Shown: positions 9,037 to 19,667, numbered from the stretch's first letter. The stretch: 43,895 nucleotides of DNA from Desulfobacterales bacterium (GCA_032126435.1 JAQBBE010000147.1:1-43895); one strand, 5' to 3'. Notes: a model not told the origin generated them from the sequence alone. Numbers and translations are program-made.

Positions 9037-9995
9037 TGTCCAAAACAACCAAAACGCATATTGTAAATCGGTATCAAGTTGCTGCTATTTTATTTTTATC
9101 CCTAATTTTATCATTGACTACGGGGTGCTCAACGTATTCGTCCATGGAGAGAAAAGCCAAGCGAATGGTCAGAAATCTTCGGGCTCCAGACAGTGATTTG
9201 AAAAAAAGGGTTGGCATTACGCTTTTTGAAAACAAAACCGCTTTTGCTGATATGGAGATGCAACAACGCTTTTTAATCGATCTGACGGAAAAGATAATGT
9301 CTTCATGCCCGGACGTCCTTTTGGAAAAACCGGGCGATTCCGGCTACCCCGATTTCTTGATAAAGTTACCCAGGAAGGCATCCGGCCAGATCGACAACTA
9401 TGATCTGGCCGAGTCCGGCAGACGGTCCGGTTTGAATTCAATTGTAACCGGAGCGTTAAATGATGTCAGAGTCGATAAAAGGAAAGAGGGGATCTGGTGG
9501 TTTAAAGACATTCATCACTATGTCCAAGTGCAGATTGTGGCTGAAGTATACGATACCGAGACCGGCGCAAAGCTTCTCGACGAAAGTTTTATGCGCGAAA
9601 TCGAAATCGATGAATCAGACCTGGAATCCACGGGTGCAGACGCTGAAATTAAGGCGTATATAAAAGATGATATTTTAAAGCACATTGCCGTTGATATGGG
9701 CGAAAAAATCTGCAATGCCGTGGTGTTTGATCCCTGGACAGGTTACATTACTTCGACCGTTGAGGATAAGATCATCCTCTCCTCTGCAGAACGGGTGGGA
9801 ATAAAGCCCGGGGACATATTTGAAGTATATAACAGTACCGATACCTTCCAGGGAGTAGAAGGTCACCGATTCTTTATACCCGGTCTTAAGACCGGAGAGA
9901 TAAAAATAACTGCCGTCTATCCAGACACTGCTGAAGCTATTCGTATTTCAGGCCAAGACATTCGGGCAGGCTTTACGGTTCGACCAAAAGATTAA
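9036..9995 (+). CDS. Lipoprotein, unknown function
   Basis: Lipobox LSLTTGC after a hydrophobic h-region. The start overlaps the queF stop (TAATG). No catalytic motif recognised. Confidence 0.75.
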   Translation: MSKTTKTHIVNRYQVAAILFLSLILSLTTGCSTYSSMERKAKRMVRNLRAPDSDLKKRVGITLFENKTAFADMEMQQRFLIDLTEKIMSSCPDVLLEKPGDSGYPDFLIKLPRKASGQIDNYDLAESGRRSGLNSIVTGALNDVRVDKRKEGIWWFKDIHHYVQVQIVAEVYDTETGAKLLDESFMREIEIDESDLESTGADAEIKAYIKDDILKHIAVDMGEKICNAVVFDPWTGYITSTVEDKIILSSAERVGIKPGDIFEVYNSTDTFQGVEGHRFFIPGLKTGEIKITAVYPDTAEAIRISGQDIRAGFTVRPKD

Positions 9996-10053
9996 TCCTA
10001 CGGCCATAAAGCGTCTGCCTTGCTCTTAAAAAACAAACAATTTTTACGATCAA

Positions 10054-11046
10054 TTAGGGTTCAACTTTATAAACGGTAATCGGTTGGTCAATCCCCTTTA
10101 CGATGACTGAAGGGAGGGTTTCAACTTTTATTTCGCCCGAAAGTTTTTGAAACGTCGCATCACTGATGAGGATTTCACCGCCCTTTGCCATGCTTTGCAG
10201 CCGTGAGGCGATATTGACCGGCATTCCTATGGACGTAAATTCTTTGATTCTCAATGAGCCCAAAATGCCGGAAAATACCTTCCCTGTTGATATGCCGATG
10301 CCGATTTTCAGCCTCAGTCCATTTTTTTTGTATAGTTTTTTATCGATTTTTTTTGCGCATCTCTGCATTTCCATGGCCGTTTCCACAGCACGGATGGCAT
10401 TGTCTTCATACGCTACCGGCGAGCCGAAAACCACCATAATACTGTCGCCAATATGTTTGTCCACGGTTCCGTCATTCCGATAAGCGATCTCACCCAGCGG
10501 CGTGAAATAGTCGTTGTTTAAAAAGTCGGCGATTTTGTCGGGTTGAACCTGCTGAGACATCCGGGTGAAATCGCGAATATCGGAAAAAAGAATCGAAGCT
10601 TCATGGTACGTCGGCTTCAGAACCCCCGACGATTTTTCGATCTTTTGGTATACCTGTTCGGACACAAACTGTTTGAGGCGTTTTCGAACATGGATGGTGC
10701 GGATTTTGGCCCTGAGTTCCAGATTGTCAAACGGTTTGGTGAGAAAACCGTCAATCCCGTCGTTGGTGGCCTGAATTGCTGCTTCCATGGTTGCGTATCC
10801 CGTAAGGACGATGCGGGTGATTTCAGGATTGATGGATCCGATGATGGCCAGGGTTTCGATCCCGTCCAGTCCCGGCATTTTGTAATCGGAAATTACCGTT
10901 GTCGTGTCAGAAATGTTCTCTTTTACGAAGGCAATGCCGGTTTTACCGTTTTCGGCGGTATGGGTTTTATACGGCTCATGTTTAAGGGCACGAACCACCG
11001 AACGCCGGATGCCTTCTTCGTCATCGATGAAAAGCAGTTTGTCCAT
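10054..11046 (-). CDS. Response-regulator receiver fused to a class III adenylate/guanylate cyclase domain
   Basis: Receiver domain (MDKLLFIDDEEG.., DYKMPGLDG, TGYA) followed by a cyclase homology domain (ILFSDIRDFT.., GDSIMVVFG, TSIGMPVNIASR). ATG 11046 is preferred over 11085. Confidence 0.88.
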   Translation of the reverse strand: MDKLLFIDDEEGIRRSVVRALKHEPYKTHTAENGKTGIAFVKENISDTTTVISDYKMPGLDGIETLAIIGSINPEITRIVLTGYATMEAAIQATNDGIDGFLTKPFDNLELRAKIRTIHVRKRLKQFVSEQVYQKIEKSSGVLKPTYHEASILFSDIRDFTRMSQQVQPDKIADFLNNDYFTPLGEIAYRNDGTVDKHIGDSIMVVFGSPVAYEDNAIRAVETAMEMQRCAKKIDKKLYKKNGLRLKIGIGISTGKVFSGILGSLRIKEFTSIGMPVNIASRLQSMAKGGEILISDATFQKLSGEIKVETLPSVIVKGIDQPITVYKVEP

Positions 11047-11569
11047 CGGTGCTCTCTTGAACTGCATCAGCTCGCCCAGTTGCATTTCAGGAATTCAACT
11101 GGGCAAGCGTGTTGAAGTGAAGTTTATCCCGCCTTGCGGAGCTGCAGGGAGCTTCAAACTTTGGAAGTTGATTGAATTCGATCTCAAACTCTGTAAGTCA
11201 ATTTTCGTGCCAAAACCGGATTTCTTTTAAACCCATTGGAAACGTTGGGGTCGATTCAGCACCGTATGCTCGAAAATCTTTGTTTTAAAGATGGTTACGG
11301 TGGTTATAATTTTCCATCTTGATGATTTTGGTTTGCGCATTAAATCGAACCATAAAATCCATAAAAGCAGAATGCACAGAAAACGGTTCATATGCGCACA
11401 TGTTTTTGTGCATTTTGGCGCCGGCGATGAACCGATAACCACATGGGGCGTATAAACCATCTTTAGAAATTTCGTTTCGGTACCGACCGGAAAAAAGACC
11501 AAATAGTGTCTTGATATATCCTTGATAAAAAGTTATAAAATAAAATTTTTAATTTCCAACTATACAGAA

Positions 11570-11783
11570 GTGCGTGTTCAGGAGGTGCGCTTCGCCGTGT
11601 AACGATATTGGCGGAGTGGCTTCGTTATTTCAATGTCTTAGCAGTGGGGGAGACCGCGGCTCCCGCATGCTTTTTGCGGGAGAACGCGGAGGGGGCAGGA
11701 ATGCCCCCGCTGCTAAGTCATTGAAATGACCAGACACGTAGACACCGGAGTGAAGCGGGGGAGCGCACCCCCTGAACACTTAC
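11570..11783. mobile_element. MITE-like 214-nt imperfect palindromic element flanked by an 8-bp direct repeat
   Basis: Terminal inverted repeats are GTGCGTGTTCAGGAGGTGCGC (left) and the reverse complement GTAAGTGTTCAGGGGGTGCGC (right). A second internal inverted repeat is ATTTCAATGTCTTAGCAGTGGGGG / CCCCCGCTGCTAAGTCATTGAAAT. ATACAGAA occurs at 11562-11569 and again at 11784-11791, immediately outside both ends. Confidence 0.5.
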
Positions 11784-11810
11784 ATACAGAATCTTAGAGG
11801 GTTAAAACTG

Positions 11811-13379
11811 ATGACGTCGCCGAATTATAAATCCTGGCCTTTCAGAGAGGCCGACAAGTTACGCAAACGATTCTCAGAATCTTTAAATATCCCCGTCCGG
11901 TTTGAAACCGGCTTTGGACCCAGTGGTTTGCCGCATATCGGCACATTTGCCGAGATCGCTCGAACGACCTGGATACGCCGGGCCTTCGAATTTTTAACCC
12001 AGCGGCAAACCCAACTCATTGCTTTTAGCGATGACATGGACGGTTTGAGAAAAGTACCTTTAAATATGCCGCAACAGGAAATGTTGACTGAAAATTTGGG
12101 AAAGCCGCTATGTCGCATCCCCGATCCATTTGATGAGTGTGAAAGTTATAGCGCATATATGAACAAAAATTTACGTGAATTTTTAGATAGTTACAAATTT
12201 GATTGTGTGTTTCAAAGTTCATATGAAGCCTATACCCGAGGTGATTTTAATGAAGGTTTGGCCATTATCCTTCAAAAGGTTGAAGATATCAAAGCGATCA
12301 TTCTCCCCACCATGGGTGAGGAAAAGCGTACAAATTGGTCTCCGTTTTTCCCAATCTGCGAAAAATGCGGACGGATTTATAGCACCCGGGTGACCGCCTA
12401 TGACACTGAAAAAAATACCATCGACTACATCTGCGACCGAGAAGAAGGTTTGGTAAAAAGTTGCGGAAATAAAGGGACGATTTCGATCTTTAACGGCCAT
12501 GTCAAAGTGGGCTGGAAAATAGACTGGGCATTGCGATGGTATTCTTATGACATCGGATATGAGATGTATGGAAAAGACCTGATCGAATCCGCAAAGCTTT
12601 CCGGTAAGATTATCCGGTTAATGGGCAAACAGCCTCCCATAGGATTGTTCTATGAGCTCTTTTTAGATGAAAAAGGTCGGAAGATTTCAAAAAGCGTCGG
12701 CAAAGGGTTAACCATAGAATCTTGGATGAGTTACGCACCGTTAGAGTCTTTGTTGTACTATATTTTTCAGAACCCAAAGCAAGCGAAGCGGCTGTTTTGG
12801 GGGATCGTACCAAAGTCGGTGGATGAATACCTTACGGGTCTAAATAATTATGAAAAACTGGATGTCGAGAAACAGCCTGATTCGACGATTTGGCACCTTT
12901 TTAATCAGGGTGCAGCGGTTCCTGATTACAGGACATCCATCAATTTTTCATTGATCAACAACCTCATTTCAGCGGTGGGTGCAGACGATATAGATCTAAT
13001 ATTAGAATATCTAAAACGCTATGATCCTTCTATGGAAGAGTTCAGTGCTGTCATAGAAGATTTGGTAAAAAAGGCCATGAACTACTATAGAGATTTTATC
13101 TTGCCGAACAAGCATTATCGGACCCCGACTGAAAAAGAAAAAGAGATGTTAAAACGTCTTCGGGATGAACTCGCAACTTATGATGGCGATGATGAAAACG
13201 AAATTCAATCCATCCCGTTTTCGGTGGCTCGATTGTTTGATGAATCGCCGAAGAACTTTTTTAAAACGTTTTATGAAGTGGTCTTTGGTCAAGAACGTGG
13301 ACCACGCTTTGGAACCTTTGTTCAACTGGTTGGAAAGGAAAAAGCACTTTCATTGTTGGATACGGCCGCCAATACCTGA
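11811..13379 (+). CDS. lysK: Lysine--tRNA ligase, class I
   Basis: 522 aa. HIGH-type motif GLPHIGTFAE, KMSKS-type motif KISKSVG, and overall class I LysRS layout (SWPF..EADK N-terminus). Confidence 0.93.
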   Translation: MTSPNYKSWPFREADKLRKRFSESLNIPVRFETGFGPSGLPHIGTFAEIARTTWIRRAFEFLTQRQTQLIAFSDDMDGLRKVPLNMPQQEMLTENLGKPLCRIPDPFDECESYSAYMNKNLREFLDSYKFDCVFQSSYEAYTRGDFNEGLAIILQKVEDIKAIILPTMGEEKRTNWSPFFPICEKCGRIYSTRVTAYDTEKNTIDYICDREEGLVKSCGNKGTISIFNGHVKVGWKIDWALRWYSYDIGYEMYGKDLIESAKLSGKIIRLMGKQPPIGLFYELFLDEKGRKISKSVGKGLTIESWMSYAPLESLLYYIFQNPKQAKRLFWGIVPKSVDEYLTGLNNYEKLDVEKQPDSTIWHLFNQGAAVPDYRTSINFSLINNLISAVGADDIDLILEYLKRYDPSMEEFSAVIEDLVKKAMNYYRDFILPNKHYRTPTEKEKEMLKRLRDELATYDGDDENEIQSIPFSVARLFDESPKNFFKTFYEVVFGQERGPRFGTFVQLVGKEKALSLLDTAANT

Positions 13380-13666
13380 TTCTGACATGGACGGCCACAG
13401 CTGTTCCGCATGGACCCGGGGTATTGGGGTTCGGTTTTACGGCGATAAATCAACGATCCCCTATCATTCATTATGGGTCATCAAATCCGACCCATTTAAC
13501 TTGGTAACCAATTGACATCATGAAATTAATAGGACGTCCCGGCTGTGATGGGGTCGCCGGTTCGAGCCGGATCAGCGGCACCCAACATTTCAAAAAAAGT
13601 CAGTCTATCTGGCCGGCTTTTTTTATTGGACGCTTATTATTTACTCAATCTCTCCCCCTTCTTCCC

Positions 13667-13695
13667 TTGACATAACAATCATATTGGCTTAAAAA
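13667..13695 (+). promoter_or_regulatory. Sigma70-type promoter candidate (TTGACA-N17-TAAAAA)
   Basis: TTGACA at 13667-13672 and TAAAAA at 13690-13695, 35 nt upstream of ATG 13731. Confidence 0.4.
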
Positions 13696-13730
13696 ACCTT
13701 GTCATTTTGTTAACAATGCGTTGATGCGTC

Positions 13731-14300
13731 ATGATTAAAAAAAGCCGTGTATCATATTCTTGTTTTGCTGTTATTACCGGCGTTGTCATATGCACGGTTC
13801 TGGTGATGATGCCCTTTAAGTCCTGGGGGTTGGATCAATTTGAGCAAAAAGCAAGATTCGTTGAAGCACAAGATATAGACAAGTCTGTTGTCCATCTGTA
13901 TTTTTCCGACAAAAAAAATTCGTTTCTCATTGCAGAAGCGTGGAATCTGGGTCATTCTGACAATCCGGTCGAATTTGGTAAAATCATCGTCGAAGCCCTG
14001 GCAAACGGTCCCCGCACTGGACTTATGCGAACGCTTCCTGAAGGTACGACCCTCAATGCATTCTATGTTACCCGGGATGGAACAGCGTATGTCGATATGT
14101 CGAATAAAATAAGGCAGGCTCACCCCGGCGGAATTAAATCGGAACTTTTTATTATTTATTCAATCGTAAATTCATTGATATTGAATATTCCTGAAATCGA
14201 CGCTGTGAAGATTCTGATCGGCGGACGTGACACCATGACGCTGGCCGGCCATATCGATCTTCGCTTTCCCTTTAAGGCCAACATGCTTCTGATACGATGA
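13731..14300 (+). CDS. GerMN-domain protein (exported or membrane-anchored)
   Basis: N-terminal hydrophobic anchor, then a GerMN-like region (VHLYF..LIAE.., ALANGP.., LPEGT.LN.FYV..DGTAYVD.S). The stop overlaps the next gene's start (ATGA). Confidence 0.78.
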   Translation: MIKKSRVSYSCFAVITGVVICTVLVMMPFKSWGLDQFEQKARFVEAQDIDKSVVHLYFSDKKNSFLIAEAWNLGHSDNPVEFGKIIVEALANGPRTGLMRTLPEGTTLNAFYVTRDGTAYVDMSNKIRQAHPGGIKSELFIIYSIVNSLILNIPEIDAVKILIGGRDTMTLAGHIDLRFPFKANMLLIR

Positions 14301-16336
14301 AAAAAAAGAGCCACATTAAAGATATAAGGAATATCGGCATTATCGCCCATATTGATGCCGGCAAGACCACCGTAACAGAGCGTATACTTTACTATACGGG
14401 ACGCTCCCACAAAATCGGCGAAGTTCATGACGGTGAAGCGGTTATGGACTGGATGCCCGATGAACAGGAACGGGGCATTACGATTACCTCTGCCGTTACA
14501 ACTTGTCCCTGGAAGGGGTGCAAGGTCCAGATAATCGATACACCGGGGCATGTCGATTTTACCATCGAGGTTGAACGTTCGCTGAGAGTACTCGACGGTG
14601 CCATCGGTGTCTTCTGCGCGGTTGGCGGTGTAGAACCTCAGTCGGAAACGGTATGGCGACAGGCTGACAAATATCGGGTTCCAAAGATTGCCTTTGTCAA
14701 TAAGCTCGACAGGGTGGGTGCCGATTTCTTCGGCACGATCGAAATGATAAAAGAGAGACTGCGTGCGAATCCGCTTATTTTACAACTTCCGGTTGGCTCG
14801 GAAGATAACTTTACAGGCGTCATCGATCTCATCAATATGAAACAGATTATCTGGGAAGACGAGACCCTGGGAGCTACGTACACTGCGGAGGAAATCCCTC
14901 CGAACTTGCTCGATTCCGCAACGGAATATCACGAAAAACTTATTGAAACCATTGCTGAAGTCGATGATGATATCATGGAAGATTATTTATCAGAAACACC
15001 GATTGCTCCGGAAAATCTGATTGCTGCCATACGAAGGGCAACCATAGATTTGAAGCTGGTTCCGGTTCTTTGCGGCAGTGCGCTGAGAAACAAGGGAATA
15101 CAACCGCTCCTTGACGCCATTGTGCTGTTTCTTCCGAGTCCTGTAGATATCCCCCCCATTAAAGGTGTACACCCTGAAACCGGAGAACCGATTGTATGTA
15201 AAGCGAAAGACACGGAGCCCCTTGCAGCGCTCATATTCAAAGTCGCCATGGTTGAAGGCCGCAAACTTTCCTATGTAAGAATTTACAGCGGGACGATGAA
15301 CGCCAAAACCGACGCTTACAACCCTTCTCGGAAAATAAATGAAAAACTTTCCCGAATATTGGGAATGCATGCCAACAAAAGGGAGCGGATCGATGCTGCC
15401 GGTGCCGGAAGTATTGTCGGGGTTGTTGGATTGAAGGAATCTACTACCGGCGAAACACTCTGCTCTATGGATCATCCTGTTTTGCTGGAAAAAATGGAGT
15501 TCTACGAGCCGGTCATTTCTGTGGCTGTGGAGCCGAAGACCCACGCTGATCAAGAAAAACTCGATCAAGTCATGGAAAAATTTATGGCTGAAGACCCGAC
15601 CCTCAAGCTTAAAAAGGACGAAGATACCGGACAATTAATTTTGTCCGGTATGGGAGAACTTCATCTTGAAGTTATCATCAGTCGCATGCAGCGTGAATTT
15701 AAAACCAATGTAAACGTGGGAAAACCGCAGGTTGTGTACAGGGAAACCATTGAAAAAGAGGGGCGGGCATCTGCTGTATTTGACAAGGAGGTTGCGGGAC
15801 ACCGACACTTTGCCGAGGTAACCTTGAAACTGTTACCACTGGACCGAGGTGTTGAAAAAAGATTCAGGTCTGAAGTGGATAATGAAATAATACCGGATAT
15901 TTTTATTCCCGCTATCCAAGAAGGGGTGATGGAATCTTTGGAAAGCGGTGCGCTGATGGGCTATCCGGTTGTGGATGTCGAAGCGGTTCTCATCGGCGGG
16001 GTGTATAAAGAATCCCTGAGCACGGCCTTGGCGTATAAAGTCAGTGCATCCATGGCGTGTAAAACAGCGTTTGAAAACGGTGAACCATTTCTCCTTGATC
16101 CGATTATGAATGTGGAAATTTTTATTTCAGAAGCCTTCATGGGCGATGTTATCGGGGACCTTAATTCCCGCGGTGGGAAAATTGAATCCATTGAGCACAA
16201 AATGGGGGCAAATGTTATTAAAGCCATCGTTCCGCTGTCACGCATGTTCGGGTACTCAACGTCATTACGATCGGCAACCCAGGGCAGGGGGACATTTACA
16301 ATGCAGTTCTCTCATTTTGACCGGTCTTTACGGTAA
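14297..16336 (+). CDS. fusA: Elongation factor G paralog (EF-G2-like translational GTPase)
   Basis: 679 aa with G1 [10 protein letters not shown]3 DTPGHVDF, G4 NKLD and EF-G domains II-V. It is not in a str-operon context. Confidence 0.92.
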   Translation: MKKKSHIKDIRNIGIIAHIDAGKTTVTERILYYTGRSHKIGEVHDGEAVMDWMPDEQERGITITSAVTTCPWKGCKVQIIDTPGHVDFTIEVERSLRVLDGAIGVFCAVGGVEPQSETVWRQADKYRVPKIAFVNKLDRVGADFFGTIEMIKERLRANPLILQLPVGSEDNFTGVIDLINMKQIIWEDETLGATYTAEEIPPNLLDSATEYHEKLIETIAEVDDDIMEDYLSETPIAPENLIAAIRRATIDLKLVPVLCGSALRNKGIQPLLDAIVLFLPSPVDIPPIKGVHPETGEPIVCKAKDTEPLAALIFKVAMVEGRKLSYVRIYSGTMNAKTDAYNPSRKINEKLSRILGMHANKRERIDAAGAGSIVGVVGLKESTTGETLCSMDHPVLLEKMEFYEPVISVAVEPKTHADQEKLDQVMEKFMAEDPTLKLKKDEDTGQLILSGMGELHLEVIISRMQREFKTNVNVGKPQVVYRETIEKEGRASAVFDKEVAGHRHFAEVTLKLLPLDRGVEKRFRSEVDNEIIPDIFIPAIQEGVMESLESGALMGYPVVDVEAVLIGGVYKESLSTALAYKVSASMACKTAFENGEPFLLDPIMNVEIFISEAFMGDVIGDLNSRGGKIESIEHKMGANVIKAIVPLSRMFGYSTSLRSATQGRGTFTMQFSHFDRSLR

Positions 16337-16352
16337 CCGGTTTCAAAACCTC

Positions 16353-17768
16353 CTATTTTTCAGCTTTCGCTTTTTCTATCTGCTTTCCTTTGATGTCTTT
16401 CAACATATTTTCAATAACGGCCTTTTTATTTGGATCATTCATGAGTTCCAACGCCTTTTTCAGATGAAAAACGGCATTTTTAACATCCCCTTTTTTTTCG
16501 TAATAAATCCCCAAATTATAATGGGCATCCTCTAGTTTTCCGAGCTTCCCATAGGTTTCACCCAGGAAATAAAAAGCACGTGGATAATTGTATTTTTTGG
16601 CGATCAGCGCTTCAAATGTGGCGGCAGCATTCATAAGATGTCCGAGCTCTACCTGGGTCCGTCCGAGATAAAAGAGAATTTCCGGATCATTGGAAACAAT
16701 ACTGGCGGCGCCTTCGAAAATGCGGAATGCTTGCTCATACTGGCCGTCGTTGAAATAGATCAGGCCGAGATCTTTCAAAACATAAGGATCGAATGCTCTT
16801 TTGCCCAATGCTTCTTTAAGTTGGTCAACGGCAGCTTTGTGGTCGCCTTCTCTTTCCAGAACCAGGCCGTATCCGTAATGTGCCAAAGGATTGTCAGGAT
16901 TCTTTTCCACCGCCGATTTAAACTGTGTGAGTGCCGTGCTTTTATCCCCGTAAACGGCAACAAGCCGTGTGTGGGCCCTTTCAAAATTATAAGGATCCAT
17001 CGGAGCTGCTGTTTTTTCATGTTTCTCGAGCCAGGTGTCGACATAGGCCATCCGTTCTTCTGCACCGGGATGTGTCTGTAAATACGTTGGAATCTGGTTT
17101 GAATCGAACCACCGTTTGCTCCGGATTTTTTCGAGTACATCCAGCAGTCCTTTGCCGTTATATCCCGCTTTTCTTTCCATGTGGAGGCCGATCTGGTCCG
17201 CCTGCCTTTCGTCTTCACGGCTGTATGCCAGAGTCATGGATTGACCGGCAGCCATAGATCCCATGGTTACTGCATTGGCGGCTGCTGCTCCCCCGGCGGC
17301 GCCAAGGAGGACGCCGGCCACCATCCCGGCAAGTGTGGCTATGTTTATTTTTCGCGCTCTTTCTATTTTCTGGGAAATATGACGGCACACCACATGCGCT
17401 ATTTCATGGGACAGTATCCCTGCCAGTTCTTCTTCACTATCCATGGCTTCAAAGAGTCCGCTGTTTATAAAAATATGGCCTGCCGGGATTGCAAATGCAT
17501 TATAAACATCTTCTTTTATGACATAAAATTGGTAGGAAAACGGCTGGGGAGGAAGCACCGAAATTATTTTGTTGCCGACTTCGTTGACATAGTTGACGAT
17601 AAGAGGATCATCGATAATCTCGTAGTGAGTTAAAACGACTTTTATGAATTCCCGTGAAAGCTCCTCTTCTTCCTTTAGGGTAATGCCGAAAGCGAATTGA
17701 GGCGAAAAGGTGCTCCCCAGGACAATGAGCGCAGCGCATAGCAAAGTCAATTTTTCGAGAAATTTCAT
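16353..17768 (-). CDS. M48 family zinc metalloprotease with C-terminal TPR repeats (BepA/YfgC-like)
   Basis: Signal peptide, HEIAHV zinc motif, and a C-terminal half with TPR-like repeats (A..Y.LG..Y...G....A). Confidence 0.88.
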   Translation of the reverse strand: MKFLEKLTLLCAALIVLGSTFSPQFAFGITLKEEEELSREFIKVVLTHYEIIDDPLIVNYVNEVGNKIISVLPPQPFSYQFYVIKEDVYNAFAIPAGHIFINSGLFEAMDSEEELAGILSHEIAHVVCRHISQKIERARKINIATLAGMVAGVLLGAAGGAAAANAVTMGSMAAGQSMTLAYSREDERQADQIGLHMERKAGYNGKGLLDVLEKIRSKRWFDSNQIPTYLQTHPGAEERMAYVDTWLEKHEKTAAPMDPYNFERAHTRLVAVYGDKSTALTQFKSAVEKNPDNPLAHYGYGLVLEREGDHKAAVDQLKEALGKRAFDPYVLKDLGLIYFNDGQYEQAFRIFEGAASIVSNDPEILFYLGRTQVELGHLMNAAATFEALIAKKYNYPRAFYFLGETYGKLGKLEDAHYNLGIYYEKKGDVKNAVFHLKKALELMNDPNKKAVIENMLKDIKGKQIEKAKAEK

Positions 17769-17933
17769 AGTTGCCTCGACAGAAGAGACCGATATCCATC
17801 GATTCTTGGATTAAACCAAAACCAAAAGGGTTTATTTTTTATCCGCTATTATTGAATATTCAATGGTTAATAGTCAATTCATATCTGTATATGCCTTTTC
17901 AAACATCATATTTTATGATAGAGTTTTGTCGAT

Positions 17934-18749
17934 ATGACAGATATCATATGCATAGCCAATCAAAAAGGCGGCGTGGGCAAAACGACCACAGCCATAAATT
18001 TGTCCGCCGCCCTTGCAGTTTCCGAAAAAAAAACGCTCCTTGTGGATTGCGATCCCCAGGGAAATGCAACCACCGGACTCGGCATCGATAAAAATCGTAT
18101 TGATAAATCATTATACCACGGAATGATTGGAGAAGTCGATGCGAACAATCTCATTTTGGACAGCGACATCGATACGCTGAAAATCATTCCTTCACGCGTG
18201 GAGCTCATCGGTTTTGAAGTGGAAATGATGTCAAACCCGAAGCGTGAAATGGTGTTAAAAGACCTTTTATCCCGGGTTAAACATCCATTTGACTACATTG
18301 TCATCGACTGCCCGCCTTCTTTGAGTCTTCTGACGATCAATGCACTGACGGCGGCCGACTTCATACTGATTCCCCTTCAGTGCGAATTTTATGCATTGGA
18401 GGGCCTGGGGCAGCTTTTACAAACCATAAAACGTATCAAGCATCATTTGAATCCAAAACTTAAAATCGCAGGGATTCTTCTGACCATGTTTGATAAACGA
18501 ACAAACTTATCCCACCAGGTGGCTGAAGATGCTGAAAAATACTTCAAGTCCCTGGTATTCGAGACCGTGATTCCCAGAAATGTCCGCTTGGGCGAAGCGC
18601 CGAGCTTCGGAAAACCTATTTTGTTGTATGATGCAGCTTCTGCGGGGGCGCAAAGTTACTTCAGCCTGGCCAAGGAGATACTGCGCAATTTTGGGAGCTT
18701 ATCAAATCCGATCCAACGTCCCAAGGAACACTCAAAACTGGATAACTAA
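17934..18749 (+). CDS. parA: Chromosome partitioning ATPase ParA/Soj
   Basis: Deviant Walker A NQKGGVGKTTT, plus IDCPPSL and ParA family length. Confidence 0.93.
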   Translation: MTDIICIANQKGGVGKTTTAINLSAALAVSEKKTLLVDCDPQGNATTGLGIDKNRIDKSLYHGMIGEVDANNLILDSDIDTLKIIPSRVELIGFEVEMMSNPKREMVLKDLLSRVKHPFDYIVIDCPPSLSLLTINALTAADFILIPLQCEFYALEGLGQLLQTIKRIKHHLNPKLKIAGILLTMFDKRTNLSHQVAEDAEKYFKSLVFETVIPRNVRLGEAPSFGKPILLYDAASAGAQSYFSLAKEILRNFGSLSNPIQRPKEHSKLDN

Positions 18750-18764
18750 CTTCACTGAATAAAA

Positions 18765-19667
18765 ATGAAAAAAACTAAGAAAGAAAGAAAATCGGGATTG
18801 ACCTCAAAAAAACCCAAAAAATTGGCCCTTGGAAGAGGTCTTGATGCCTTGTTGCCCGATATCGAACCCATCGAAAACATTTCAGAAGTATATTTTGAGT
18901 GTGATATCGAGCGGATTTATCCAAATCGTTACCAGCCCCGCCTGCGGTTTCCAAACGATGAACTTGAGGAAATGTCCCGCTCTATTAAACAGCAAGGAAT
19001 CATACAACCCCTTCTGGTGAGAAAGGATGATCATGGATATGAACTCGTAACCGGCGAAAGACGCTTGCGTGCCGCAAAAAAGGCCGGCCTGAAACACGTG
19101 CCGGTTTTTGTCAAAACCATCACCGATGCAGATCTTCTGGAAATGTCCATTGTGGAAAATGTTCAACGAGAAGATTTAAATCCCATAGAAGAAGCAGAAG
19201 CGTATCACCGTCTGATCACCGAATTCGGGCTCACCCAGGATCAGGCTGCTGTGCGTGTGGGGAAAAGCAGGTCTGCTGTTGCCAACTTATTAAGGCTTCG
19301 TCAGCTGCCCGAACAGATTAAATCCAGCATAATGGATGGTGCCTTGAGCATGGGGCATGCACGCGCATTGCTGGGTGCTGCCAACTCTGCCCAGCAAAAC
19401 GCCGTTTGGCGGGTCGTTGTTTCCAAAAGGCTATCGGTCAGGGAAACTGAAAATCTGGTTAAACGTTTGAAAGCCGAACAGAAAAAGCCGAAACAGGCCT
19501 CACCCGGTTCTGAACAAAGATACTTTTTGAGCCTGAGCGACGATCTTTCGCGTCACTTCGGAACCAAGGTTCAGATTAAACGACGGGGGCAAAAGGGTAA
19601 GGTTGAGATCGAATTTTACAGCAATGACGATCTCGACCATCTGCTAAGACGATTGAAGCAGATATAA
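18765..19667 (+). CDS. parB: Chromosome partitioning protein ParB/Spo0J
   Basis: ParB box GERRLRAAK, an HTH region (TQDQAAVRVGKSRSAVANLLRL), and position immediately downstream of parA. Confidence 0.93.
   Translation: MKKTKKERKSGLTSKKPKKLALGRGLDALLPDIEPIENISEVYFECDIERIYPNRYQPRLRFPNDELEEMSRSIKQQGIIQPLLVRKDDHGYELVTGERRLRAAKKAGLKHVPVFVKTITDADLLEMSIVENVQREDLNPIEEAEAYHRLITEFGLTQDQAAVRVGKSRSAVANLLRLRQLPEQIKSSIMDGALSMGHARALLGAANSAQQNAVWRVVVSKRLSVRETENLVKRLKAEQKKPKQASPGSEQRYFLSLSDDLSRHFGTKVQIKRRGQKGKVEIEFYSNDDLDHLLRRLKQI

Noticed and set aside
11227-11502. 91-aa ORF on the minus strand, with short alternative ORFs on both strands, in the 480-nt gap between the RR-cyclase gene and the MITE-like element.
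   Set aside because: No RBS, odd composition and no recognisable motif. Alternative frames give equally weak 42-56 aa ORFs. Left unannotated; it may be decayed sequence.
11570-11783. T-box riboswitch interpretation of the structured lysK leader (GGGGGAGACCGCGG resembles the T-box GGGUGGUACCGCG).
   Set aside because: The element is globally palindromic and flanked by an 8-bp duplication. It lacks a recognisable stem I/specifier loop, a UGGN bulge that matches tRNA-Lys, and a terminator U-tract. A MITE-like origin fits better.
13541-13625. tRNA-like T-arm (GCCGGTTCGAGCCGGA) followed by ..CAGCGGCACCC, as a possible tRNA gene, a tRNA 3' fragment (att site) or a lysK terminator.
   Set aside because: The T-stem does not pair in the canonical 5-7-5 geometry. 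No acceptor, D or anticodon arms could be built upstream. The nearby TCA-containing hairpin at about 13474-13496 has a 9-nt loop, so it is not tRNA-Sec. The A7...T7 tract lacks a convincing GC stem.
17770-17933. Replication origin near parAB (DnaA boxes).
   Set aside because: Only a 7/9 match (TTATCCGCT at about 17838) was seen. There is no cluster of TTATCCACA-like boxes and no dnaA/dnaN in the window.
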